Below the pieces are notes generated by a model, which saw only the letters and a program-made list of their open reading frames with translations, made no database searches and was not told the DNA's origin. Position numbers and translations under genes: made by a program. A DNA stretch of 64,000 bases from Octopus vulgaris (lineage: Eukaryota): contig OX597830.1 of assembly GCA_951406725.2 (NCBI GenBank), positions 41,850,001-41,914,000 on the forward strand, in the 5' to 3' direction. Position 1 is the stretch's first letter, and every line of letters begins with the position of its first letter. Below are positions 23,001 to 36,600 of the stretch, piece by piece.

Positions 23001-26000
23001 AGAATTAGATATTGCATTGCAAATTTACTACATTTAAGTCGAAGAAATTCATCACAAAGTTGTATTTCTTGTTGGCACAAGTGAGTTCAAATTTGAGAGA
23101 AGCTGTTTTGGAGTAATACTAACAATAACAATCACAACAACAACAATAATAATCCTTTCTGCTATAGGCACACGGTCTGAAATTCTGGGGAAAGGGGCTC
23201 TAAACACCCACCACCAGAACTCTATTCAGAGGCACTAAAGAGGTGCCTTTATGTAGAGTTCTGGTGGTGGATGTTTAGAGCAGGTCTCCTATCTCAGGAA
23301 AACTAGGAGTTGTAGTTTTTTTCATCCTTCACTCCTACAAATCTTTACTTAGCCATAACCCCCTCCTCACCAAAAATCCCTTGTGTGATGTGTGTGTGTG
23401 TAAGTAGATGTGTTAAGTGTGCAACAACATTACCATATAAGGTTGCAGTTCTGAATAATAACTGCATCTGAATGATTTGGTAGAGGGACCATCCATACAG
23501 TTCAGGGCAATTATGTAGTATGAACAGTACATATAATAAGAAAGAATGAGTGTATGTATGTCATTCCCCTTCATCATCAAATGCCTGTTTATGTGTATAT
23601 TGGGTTGTCAGTTAAATTTGTTTGTTTTTCCATTTGTTTTGATCCTTTCCAGTTTTTTTGAATTAACACAAAAAATATTTTTATCAAACTGTTTTTTTCT
23701 GTAGCTTTTTTCTTCTTCTACAACTTTTATACATTGCTTTTGAATAAATAAATTTTTACTTCTTTTCAGATATATGATGATGGAGTGCCAAGCAGAAAAA
23801 TAAAAAATGAATGACTTTATCTAACAGCCTAATATCATATAAACGGGTTGCAAAGAATTGAGTGAAAAGACCTCTTACCTTGGCTGAAACGCTGCAGTTT
23901 TGGCCATCCTGTTTGTCACGTAGCTTAACTTGTAAACTTGCAGAAAGCACACGTTCTTCAAGTTTTCCTATGGTTTCCATGACACTGTTCTCTAGTTGGT
24001 GAGCTACATTAGACATCCAACTTGAGTCTAAATCTGGTGGAGGGGCTCCAGTTGTGGAAACATATTGGAACTCCTCTCTCACTTGGATTTTGAGTTCTGT
24101 TTATAACAAATAAAAATAAAACAAGATAAAATGGAGAGGAAATTTTTCTTTTAGTTGTCTTGTTTCTTGTTAAAATTCTACACACACACGAGTTTCTAAA
24201 AATACCATTCACAATTAAATACAATATTTGATGGTATTAACCCTTTATTTTACAGATTATTCTGTCAAACGTAATGCTTCTTTAGTCATATTATTTTCAA
24301 TTAATCATGACCTATCTCTTAGCTTTGAGATTTCGATGATGCGATTATATATTTTCAGAATGACATTGTCGGGTAGGTGTGAGAGACCAGGTCTGGCCAG
24401 TTTGAACATAAAACTGGTAAAGTATTTGGGCCAGATATGGCCTGTTTGAATACCCAAGGGTCAAAAGACATATTGGATATTTTAAATGCATCCCAATTTC
24501 AGCAGGGCACAGTCAGGGAAAACGTTTTTAGTGAAATAAAACACATAAAATAGGCCCAACTTTGCATATATAGAACCAGGGATGATTTTTGTGATATTTT
24601 GGAAAACATTATTTCTTATATACCATCAAATATGATACCTTAATAATAATATATATATATATATATATATATATTTAAAAAAGGAGATGTGGAACACGAG
24701 TTGTGATATATAAAAAAAGGAAATGAAGAAAATGCTGACAAAATAATTTAAGTAAGAGAGAGTGTATTTAATTAGGTGAAAGTTCTTTTACCGGTTGCGC
24801 ATTTGTTATGCTTATCAAAAGATATTTTTAAAGAGAGATAGAGTTCCTTTCTGATAGATTTTTTTCTCTTATCTATCAGAAAGGAACTCTATCTCTCTTA
24901 AAAAAATATCTTTTGATAAGCATAACAAATGCGCAACCGGTAAAAATAACTTTCACCTAATTAAATACACTCTCCCTTACTTAAATTATTTTGTCAGCAT
25001 TTTCTTCATTTCCTTTTTATATATATATATTAGGGAGTATAACTCCAAACTTACAGGGAAAAATTCAATTTAGTATTAAATCAAATTTCACAATATAAAT
25101 TAAAGAAAAAAGATACTATTATGCAATTTAAACAATGATAGACATAAACCAGATCATAAATAAAAAATAAAACATATTTTTTTATAAAACATAACTTATA
25201 ACTAGATCACAAAAAGTATAACAATGAATAATCAATATATAATAAGTAATTTATATTTTATATATATATACTTTTATATATACCCCGTTACTTAGCGGTT
25301 CGGCAAAAGAGACCGATAGAATAAGTACTGGGCTTACAAAAGAATAAGTCCCGGGGTCGAGTTGCTCGACTAAAGGCGGTGCTCCAGCATGGCTGCAGTC
25401 AAATGACTGAAACAAGTAAAAAAGAGAGAGAAAAAAAAAAAAAAAAGAGATATATATTGTGTGTGTATGTTTAGATCTTTTTTTCAAATATTATATTGTG
25501 CTTTTTATACAATATTTTTCTTGATAGAAATCAAAACTGTATATTGCTGGTTGATATTAACGTAATGTATTGGCCATTACATGAGGTGATATAAATAATA
25601 TTTACATGAGAAAGGGTGGAGGGGGAGAGAAAAAGAAAGAGGGAGAGAAGAATGAGATGAGTGAAAGTGGAAGAGCAAAAGAAAGAGTGAAGGGTGAGAT
25701 AAATAGGAATTAAAAGGGAGAGAAAGGGGTAGAGAGTGTGGGGGTGGGTGGGTAATGAGACAGTGGGAAATTCCAACAAACAGGACACATAAATAAATGC
25801 TACTGACCGTCTCTCATATCCTTCTTGCAGGCTTGACAGGCTTGGTCAAAATATTTCTGTAAAGCTTTCTGGAGGTTCTTTTCCCGTATGCCGCGAGGAT
25901 GAAGGCACTTCAGCACGCCTTTTAAATGTTCTGGGTCAGCTAGATACCACCAGCCGGATTTCATGGCTTTCGAAAAAAAAAGGAAAATAGAATTAGATCA

Positions 26001-26394
26001 TTCTAGCAAAGGATGCACATGAATACAACTCTTTCTGTTTTATTATTATTATTATTATAGCAGAATTGTAAGCACATTGGGTAAAAGTGGTATTTCATTT
26101 GTCTTTATGTTCAGAGTTCAAATTCCACCAAGGTTGACTTTGCCTTTCATCCTTTCAGGGTCAATAAAAGGAAAACCAGTTGAACACAGGTTGATGTCAT
26201 TGACTTAGCACCTTCCCTGAAACTGCTGGTTTTGAGCCTAAATTTCAAGCCAATATTATTATTATTCTGTCAAGTTCTATTTTACCTTTCACCCTTTCGG
26301 GGTCGATAAAATTAGTACTAGCTGAACACTAGGGATCAATGTAATTGACTTGGCCCTTCCCCAAAATAGCTGCCCTTGTGGAAAAATTTGAAAC

Positions 26395-26425
<31 letters not shown>

Positions 26426-29400
26426 TATATCTTGTATTATTGGTCACTGGTTCACTGCATTCTGGGTAGTGACATGGAATGGGACTAAAACTAAAACATT
26501 TATTGCTTAGCAAATTTTTTAACCACCTAACCACTCCAAAACCAACCTGTTTATGTTTAAAAGAAAAGTTACGACAGCTCTAAATATTTTAGGTTCTATA
26601 TATTTTTAGAATACCATAATCAGTAAATTTCCAACATCCACAGGATGTCCTCCCATGGATCTTCACAGTCTGCTGGTTTCCAGGATGTGAAGAGAAATCT
26701 CCTCCTAGACAGGCTCCTTGGTCTAGCACAAGAAACTTTATCCCATAGGTGAAATTGAACCATCATAGAGGAAGCCAACAAAACGCTCCTCAATTTTATA
26801 GCTGTGTCACTGTTAGCAGTGCAGAATTGTTCACGCCCACCCAAAGGTATCTACATACAGCTAGATGGGCTGGGCCATTTGAAGGTGCCTTGACAACAGA
26901 CACTGTCGTGCCGGAGACAAAATACAGGCTGACAACCACTTGGCCCAGTGAACTGTTCAGTTTGACAATTTGTGCTCAGTACAGGGGTATAAAAGAATAA
27001 GAAACATAAAACAATGATGTCATAGACAACAATGAGGGAGCCTTAGCATGCTAGAAATAGCACACAAATCTTCTTCAAATCATTTTATACCAAAAAAAAA
27101 AAAAAAAAAAAGAAAGTACATATTTGATAATGTTGTTCTAGATGCATACAGCTGAATAAAAAATGGATGGAAATGTCTTTGGGTATCAGTCTGCTCTGAC
27201 AGGGCTGCTGATTAATTTTGAAAAGCAACAAGAATTTTGTGAGATCCAGTAAAAGAACCAGCATTGGCATTAGTAATTTCATACTGGAACATAACGAAAA
27301 GAAATCTTCCTCCATTTCCTCCTCTTCATTGTTTTAACATCAACTTTCCCATGCTTGCATGGGTCAGATGGAATTTGTTGAGGCAGGTTTTCTACAGGTG
27401 GGTGCCCTTCCTGTTGCTGACCCTCACTTGTTCCAAAAGTCAGGTAATAATTTCCCATGACCAAAAATGTTTACATACAAAACTGGAAACAAGGGGACAT
27501 TGCTTGTAGAAAGGCGATGCTCATTTATAAACATCAGATGATGTCGAAACAAGGAAACACAAACACACACATATATGTATGAAGATTGACCTCAGGATGT
27601 TGGGCTTCATAGTGATGATTGGTAACTTGTTATACTTGAGGAGATCTGTCCATCTCAGTGAAAAATTGAGCTCCAAAAAGTATATAATTTATATTTGTGT
27701 TCCTGCATCCAAGCTTTCTCCACAAATCATCTTCTTAACAGCCATTACTCTTCTACAATTACAGCACTATTCACTCAGCTGCCCTAATTACATGAGGGTA
27801 GAAATACACACAATCCATCCCCCTTGTGTGCAGCTAGTTATCCTTCTCTTTGGAACCACTTCCCTTGTTACCCATCAGGCATTTTATATATTATCTCCGA
27901 CCACTTTATTTTCCATTGAATACCCATCTCCCTTGCCCCCACCCCATATCTGCCACTGATGACTCTCCAACCAACCCTTGTTCATTACTCCCTTTTTGCA
28001 CCCCTATGTACTCCTGACCCCCGTCACTGTGCTCCCTTCCAACAATTCCACCACTTCACATCATCTTCCTATTGGTTATATTATATTGTTGCTCCTTACC
28101 AACCCCTTTTGGCACTTCCCCCTATCACATCTTTCTCCTTGAGCCACTCCTATTTCCTTCAGATTTCCCTCCAAAACTAATATTTACCACTGACCCTTTC
28201 TCCACCCTTGTTCCTCATTCACCTTTATCTCCATCTCTAAATCTGTCACTCTCACAAACTCCCCCACCTAACCATTCCTCTCTCCCTTATATTCCCCTTC
28301 TTGTACCCTGAAGGCTCACTCTGACACTTTCTCATCACCATCTTTTCTCTCTTTCCAATTGGGGTAGTCATGTATTTTCTCTACAACAGGACACTTGTTC
28401 CTGTCCCTTTATCACACTTTAGTCTTTCATCACTTGGCACAAAGGCACTGCCCTCAACATTACACCCCCACTCAGTTGATGGAGGGTCTTGTCATGTGAG
28501 CTATTTAGTGCTGGTGCCATGAAAAAAGCACCTGGCACATTCTGTAGAGTGGTTGATGTTGGGAAGAGCATCTGGCTATAGAAACCATGCCAAAAACAGA
28601 CAGTGGAGCTTGACACAATCTTCTGGCTCAGCAGATGCTCTTGAACAAATAACCTCATGCTAGCATAGAAGACAGATTTTAAAAGATGATGATGATACAC
28701 ACACATACAATGGGCTTCTTTCAGTTTCTATCAAACAAATCCACTCACAAAGCTCTGGTTAGTCTAGGATTACAACAGAGGACATCTGTCAAAGTGCCAG
28801 GCAATGGGACTGAACTCAAGACATAAAAGAAACCCGTGACAAAATTTATGAACATTAAGGGTCAGGTGAAGCTGTGTGATAAGACCCCTGCTTTCCAACC
28901 ACATGGTTTTGTATCCTGTACTACTGTGTGATGCTTTGTGCAAGCATTTTCTTCAAAAAGCTGGGGCCAACCAAAGCTCTGTGTGTGGATTTGGTAGATG
29001 GAAACTGAAAGAAGCCCATTGTATATGTGAGTGCGCATATGTGCATATGTATATGTATGTCTGAAAGTGTGAGTATCCCCTCATCTTGACATCATGTAAT
29101 AGCTGTAAATGATTGTCACTGTCATACAAGCAGTGTCGTTCATTTCCAATATTCCGTGGAAATATTAACTTGCTTGGAAATAGGTGAGGGTTGGCAACAG
29201 GAAGGGCATCCACAGAAAAAATCTGCCCCAAGAAACTCCATCCAACCCATGCAAGGATGTAAAAGTGGATGTTAATATGAGGATGATTAATGAAAGGGTA
29301 GGCAGAGATAATTACTGTTGTAGTGGAGAACACTGTTAGCTCTGCCTAAGCAGATTTATCGTTTGAGTGTCTTCAACTGAATGCCTAAGTGTTCAAGTCT

Positions 29401-32400
29401 ATATGATGGGCTCTGAGCTTAAAGGTCTTGAGTTCAAATCTAATACAGGTGCTTTATTGGGGTATTTATAGTACTGGTGATGGTGCCATGTAAAATAGTA
29501 TCCAACGTACTCTGTAATATGGTTGGCATTAGGAAGGGCATTTAGATGTAGAGACTAAGATAAAAAAAGCATTAGAACTTTGTGTGGGCCCCTGGCCTTG
29601 CAGTTCCAGCCAAGCCACCCAGCACATGTCAGCATGGAAAACAGATGTTAAAGATGACGACAATATGTGAATACAGCATCATTGTTTACCTGCTTCCAAG
29701 AGGCTAGTCATTAGCTCACTGCATTTCTGATGGCAAGAATGAAGAAGATATGTGACTAGGTTCTATTGTTTCTCATTAAGATTTATATCCACTGTCACTT
29801 AACAAAATCATGTACATAAGGAACAATATGAACACCTACAGTATATAAAGCTTGCTGTTTTTGAACTAACACTGCTTCCATTGCTAATGATGGATATATA
29901 ATAATAATAGAAAATTTAGACAAATATGTATAATTAGATTAGTGTGTTTAAATGTCAAGTGGAGAACTGGCACAGTTTAGGCAATCTGTTGTCAACTGTA
30001 GTTGTGGTACACTTCCATTGGATTTACTTCAGGAACTCCACAGTGAGAGTTAGGGTAATATTAATTAATAGGAGATGTATTTTGTATTAGACTTTTATTA
30101 GGTACAACATATGTTTCGACTCATCTAATACGAAATCCCTCTCATACTATTAATTAATACTATATATATAGAAATATATATAATCATCATCATCGTTTAA
30201 TGTCCACTTTCCACACGCTGGATGGTTTGACAGAAGCTGGCCAGGCAGGAGACTGCACCAGACATCTGTGGCAGGATTTGGATAAAAAATATTTATTTAG
30301 CACTTTTACTCCTTCCAGGGATTATGGTGAATCCCTGACAGAGACGAAAGAAAAAAAGAGAAATGTAAAAGACTTGAAGAAAAAAATACCTTTTGGAATT
30401 GGTTTAAGCTCTCCTTGTAAACTTTTGAGCAGACCTTCAGGATCAGAATCAATGAGTCCATTTCCATTTGACGTAGGTGCAATTACAGGTAATAAGGGGG
30501 AATTTTGGAGGAGAGAGGATGAGGAGGAATTGTTCATGGAGGAAGCCTCTTGAGGAACTGGTGGCACTTTGAAATAGGTGTTGGAATTATTTGTGTTGTT
30601 GTTGAACATGTTCATGTTAAAGTCCACCGGGTTACTTTGGATCTGCCCCATTTGAAACGAAGCAAATGCTGGGCTGCGCACGGGGAAGGCATGGAATGGC
30701 ATGGGCTGGAAAATGAAAGGCGAGTTGTTCAGCATCCGATGTGATATGTTCAAAGGTGAGCGCGTCAAAGAGGTCTCATCACAAGGCATTCTGGGAAGGA
30801 TGCTGAACCAGGGTTTCTGATCGTTTATCTCTGAAGCAGTTTTCAGGAGTTGGTCCGTGAAGATTGGGGGCATGGGGTAGGTAGCCATCGAGGGGACAAA
30901 TGGCAGCGTAGGACTACTGGGTTCATGGTCTTTCTTCAGGAGAGAGTCAATGCTGACAAAACTGGGCTTAGTGTCTGAGTGTGTGGATAATGTGGAGTTG
31001 TTTGGAGATGATGTATTTACAGATGACGATGTGGTTGGTGACGTGCCACTGTCATGATGGCTATTTACAATATTAGACTTAGTATCTTGTGAAGTAGGGG
31101 CACCGTCTGGTTTGGAAATATGAATTAAATCACTAAATTTGGTAGCTTCTGGTTTTTGTAGAAATAAATTAGTAGGGTTTTCTTCTTTAACATGACTAAT
31201 ACTATTTTTTGAATTTGATTTGTGGTCTGTCTTTGGTGATTCACACTTTACAGGAGTGCTGTTAGCTATGGGTTCCGATAGCTTACAATCCATTAGTTCC
31301 TTTCTGTCCATCTCTTCTTCATCCTCTTCTTCCTCATCTTCACTTTTCGGTTCTTTCTTAATGCTGTCCTTTAAATCTTCACTTCCCGTCTGAGATTTGC
31401 TTTCAGTATCTTCATTGTTTTCGTAATCGATCTCGTTTTCATCTTCACCGCCAGTCTCTTCTTCTTCTTCATCCTCACTCCCCATGGCACCAGATTCCAG
31501 CCCTTCAACAAACAACCTTCCACAATATGGCAGAAGCCAGTAACGGCGCTTGAAACGATCTTGACCAAAAGAAACTGCCCGCAGTTTATGAGAAGCTTCA
31601 AACACTTTGTGTTGATACTGACTGTGTTGCTGTGAGAGAGAAAAGAGAAAAAAAAAGAGAAGGAAATCAATGTCATTGAACAGCAGAAGATATTTGGATG
31701 TTTTGGGGTTTATTGTTAAGGTGAATTCAAACCTTATACAAACATGAAAAAAAAAAAAACTTTTGATAGAGTCCTGTTCCTAAGTCTGGAGAGGATGAAG
31801 TGACAGCAAACAAATTTACATATTGCTGTAAAAAAAGGTGCCCACTAAATTTCTATAACCTTTGCCCCCCTTTTTCGAGATAGATCCACCATTTCAAAAC
31901 TCCCTGATTGGCACCGCTTGCTGACTTTATATGTCTCCCACTTCAATGTACATAATTTCCCTATCTTCCCCAACCCTTGCTTGACACTCTGTTTGCTTTC
32001 TTTCTACACTTGTAGCAGAGACTTTATCCTATATTTCTTGCTTAGAACATTATCATGCCTTCAACCATTTCATTTAGAAGTGCTTGAAAAGGCCATGAAA
32101 GCATGGGAAAAAGGGACAGTAAATGATGATGAAAGAGGAAGAAAATTCTTTCCATCTGGTCAATTTTAAGTCAATAATATAATTGCTATTAACTCCTCCT
32201 TCTGTCACTAATGATTCAGCCAGTCCACTACTCTTTACTGTTACTTTATTAATTGACCCCGAAAACATGAAAGACAAAGTTGATGCCAGCAGGATTTGAA
32301 CTCAACAAAAAGAGCTGGAATAAATATGAGGCATTTCGTTCAATATGACACCTGTATAAGCTGAGTAAACTAGTTAACCAGAAAAAAATCTGGCTTCTCA

Positions 32401-32816
32401 CACCTATCTTACAATATCATTTTAAAAATGACAATAAGCAATTATATTATTGAAATTTTGAAGCTATGAGATTATGCATCATTAATTTAAAATTATGTGA
32501 TTAAATAAGCATTAAATTTGGCAGAGCAATCTGAGTACTAAACAGTTAATTCTTTCCCAGGGCCCTTTTTGAATTGTCCCTAGACTGCATATCTTGTCAA
32601 AATGGAGTCTTTTTTTTTTTGAATGCCAGAATATGAAGAACACTTTGCAAACGAGAGATGATAATTGTTTTCCAGTCACATGGTTCTGGGTTCAGTCACA
32701 TGGCATGGCACCTTGGGAAAGCATCTTCTACTATAGTCTTGGGCCAACCAAAGCTTTGTAAATGGATTTAGTAAATGGAAACAGAAAGAAGTGTGTTCTA
32801 TATGTGTGTTTGTGTT

Positions 32817-32898
<82 letters not shown>

Positions 32899-33650
32899 AA
32901 TACACACACAACTTCTAAGGTTTGAACTTGTGATCCCATAGTGATCAGCCAAACATCTTAACCTCCCAACCCAGCCATTTGGATGTCAAGGTAAATACAG
33001 ACAAATTACAATGTACACACTACTCACCCTTTGTAACTTTTCTATTTTTTTCTCACAATCTTCAGAATTAATTGGATCTTCCTCCTAAAACAGAAAAAAA
33101 CTTGTTATGATTGAGGGAGAAGGAAAGTTTAATGCTTAAATACATGTTAACCAATGGTGATATTTAGAACATGATTCTTCTTTAGAGAAGGTACCCAGCA
33201 AGACAAATTGATAAACGAAAAAGAGGGGTGGAGAGAGCAGTGCTGGTGCCACATAAAAGGCATCCAGTACACTCTGTAATGTGGTTGGCATCAAGAAGGG
33301 CATCCAGCCGTAGAAACCATGCCAAGTCTTTTGGTTTGCCAGCATGGAAGATGGACATTAAATGAAAAGCTTAATTTCAATACCAGATATATGTATCAGA
33401 ATGAATTTTGAGTAAATGAGGAAACGTCTGGTTTTGATCGGAAGACTATGGCATCTATCCCAGTTTGACCAAAACAAATTTCATGTGTGTGCAGCAACAG
33501 CTTGCAGATTGTGTTTTAATGGTTATCATGAAATTGACCAAATCTGCACCTATACTAGTTTTGAAAGGAAGCTCCTCAAATAATGATTATAAATACATAT
33601 ATATATATCTGTATCCACTTCAAGTTCCACCATTAAACAAAAAACAAAAG

Positions 33651-33685
<35 letters not shown>

Positions 33686-36600
33686 ATTTCTTGAAATTTC
33701 TAAATTCTTATGATGTTAACAACATACAGTTCTTACTGGTAAGAACAAAGCTCCTAAAATTGATGGAGAAAATTCAAAGGGTTGCTTTGGTATTATGGTA
33801 GAACATCTGCCATGGTTATAGACACAGGTTTGAGTCCCTTGAGCAACCTTAAAGTTAGGAGGACTTGGCCCACCAACAGAATATGAACAGCTAACACCTG
33901 TTCTTTAGACTGACCATCCATTCTTTAATTTTGAAAATTCAGTCAGACTAACTAAAGTACACTTGACCTAAGTCTTGGTTTTTAAAAAGAAACCACTCCA
34001 TGTTCTTACCTCTCCTTCTGATATAATCCCAACACTTGTGACCGTAGTGATATCACTGTCATTGCCACTGTCCTCTTCTTCATCACTGCCCTGTTTACTA
34101 CCAGACACATTGGTTGCGTGGCTGTCTTCATCCAGCAGTGGGGAAGAACTTTCATGGAGGGAGATCTTAGGTGACGGACGGTTGTACTTCTTCGCTTGTA
34201 TAATCCTTAATCTGAAAATGACATCAAGAACAAATTACACATAGAATTACAAAAAAATGGTTATTACGAGAATTCTTTACACTGGAACATATTGGATTAG
34301 TCTGTTGGATTTCTCTTAAGGAACCAAGTTACTTGCAGGGTTATTATCTCCAACTAAATATAATAAACAATAAAACCTCTCCCTCTCTCAAGTGTAAGAC
34401 CAGATACCCTGATAACTCAAATCCCTATCACCAATCTCATTATCCATTTTACATCTACTTCCTATACTAGCATGGGTTGGATGAGTTGTCAAGGCTTGAG
34501 ATAGTTCCTATTTGGAGTTACTGCTCTCCTAGATCGATTGAAGACAATGTCTTGGGTGTATATTCCATTTTGATAGGGTTTCTATGGCTGAATGCTCTCC
34601 TGACACCAATCACTTGAGTGAGTGTACTGGGTGCTTTTACCATAGCACTGGTACAAATAGAGTTATGCTCAACAAGACAAAAGAATTCCCTTGCCCATTA
34701 CATTGTCTCTTGTTGCTCCCCAACCATTTCACAGACATACAATAGGTGTATATTATTATGGCACCAGCAGATCTTCTACGTAAATGCTTTCAGTAGACAC
34801 TAAGGAGCTCACAAAAGCTGGTGTCTAACTGTGATTTCATTGTGTTAACCCTTTAGCATTTAAACCACTCGTATCCAGCCTCAATATTCCACCTGTTTTA
34901 TGTTCAAACTGGCCAGATCTGGCCTTTCACACCTACTCTACAATGTCATTCTAAAAAATAAACAATCAAATCAAAATTTCAAAGCCATAAGATAATGCAT
35001 GAACTTTTGCTGAGCTGCTAAGTCACAGGGATGTACACAAACCAACACTAATTGTCAAGTGTTGTGTATATGTGTGTAACAAACACAGATGCACACACGC
35101 ACATCATCATCATCACCGTTTAATGTCCGCTTTCCATGCTAGCATGGATTGGACGATTTGACTGAGGACTGGTGAACCAGATGGCCGCACCAGACTCCAA
35201 TCTGATCTGGCAGAGTTTCTACAGCTGGATGCCCATCCTAAATCCAACCACTCCAAGAGTGTAGTGGGTGCTTTTACGTGATGGGCTTTCACACAGTTTT
35301 GCTTGACCAAATTCACTCACATGGCATTGGTTGGTTAGAAGATGTAGTAGAAGGCACTTGCCCAAGGTACTGTGCAGTGGGACTGAACCTGAAACCACAT
35401 GGTTGCAAAGCTAGCTTCTTAACCACACAGCCATGCTTGTGCTTATGTAGTTATTCAAATGCTATCTTGCTATCTAACAGAGAAAATCAATAAACTTTAG
35501 AATATTTTAAAAAATGTTTAATAAACTAAAATGTCAACAGTTTCTGTGAACCAGCTGTTAATTATTCCTTGAAATGTGTTACATATTTACCGTCTCAATT
35601 TTCCTTCGACAATCCATTTATCCCGCCTCAAAGTCGACATACTTTCAATAGTCTTCTCAACTTCACTGTTTTATAAAAAGAAAAGGAAAAAAAAAAGGGG
35701 CATAACATGAATGAGAGGATAAACTTAATTAAATTTAATTTCAAACATCAAAATGCATTTTAGTAAATTGTGTGGTCATTGTAATCACAAAAGAAACACT
35801 TATGCTGAAGGCACAACCCCAACACACACACACACACACATTCTCTCTCTCTCTCTCTGAAATTGTTCTGATATCTACTTTTCCATATTTGCTGTATTGG
35901 TCAAACAAAATTCACTGAGACAAATTTTCTATAATTGGATGTCTTTCCTGTTGCTAAGACACAACTGTTTCCAAGCAAGGTGATGTCTCTCCATGGCAGA
36001 CCATTTGTGTGTGTGTGTGTGTGTGTGTGCATGCATATGGTAACTAGGTTTGCTTCCCAACAACACCATGATAAAAGAAAATAAAAACAAAAAAAACCTC
36101 CCCAATAAAAAAAACCACCACCATCAACAACATAAGTTGAATAAATGTCTCAGATGATTTGTTGTCCAGGCTCAGAGACTGAATTAGTTGAAATGTAGTG
36201 TGAATGTAAATAGTGTAAGAAATACTTTTCCCTTTTCACATGAAGTTAGTGATTTCAAAAATTAAGTTATGTGACAATAATAGTTGAAGAATAAGAGAAA
36301 AATATCAAGAATTATTTTGACCATTTAAAAATATGCAAAAAACTCTAACAATTTCACTTTTCACTAATTTCTTGAGGCACTGACAATGGTCCCACTGCAA
36401 CTTTCGAAATGGCTAAAACAGTTCTTTCATAATGTAATTGGTGCTTTAACATCAATACAATTTCAGTCCAAGTCACTTCCTAGACAAGAATGATTCCAAA
36501 ATTGGTTAATATTGTTCAGCGTTTATTAAGTGAACTCTAAAATAAGAGAAAGAAAAAAAAAACAAAACAAACAAACAAAGAAGAGAATCAAGTTTTTCTT

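Noticed and set aside
30200-30744. + strand ORFs of 117 and 64 aa
   Set aside because: Antisense shadow of the large BAZ2 exon
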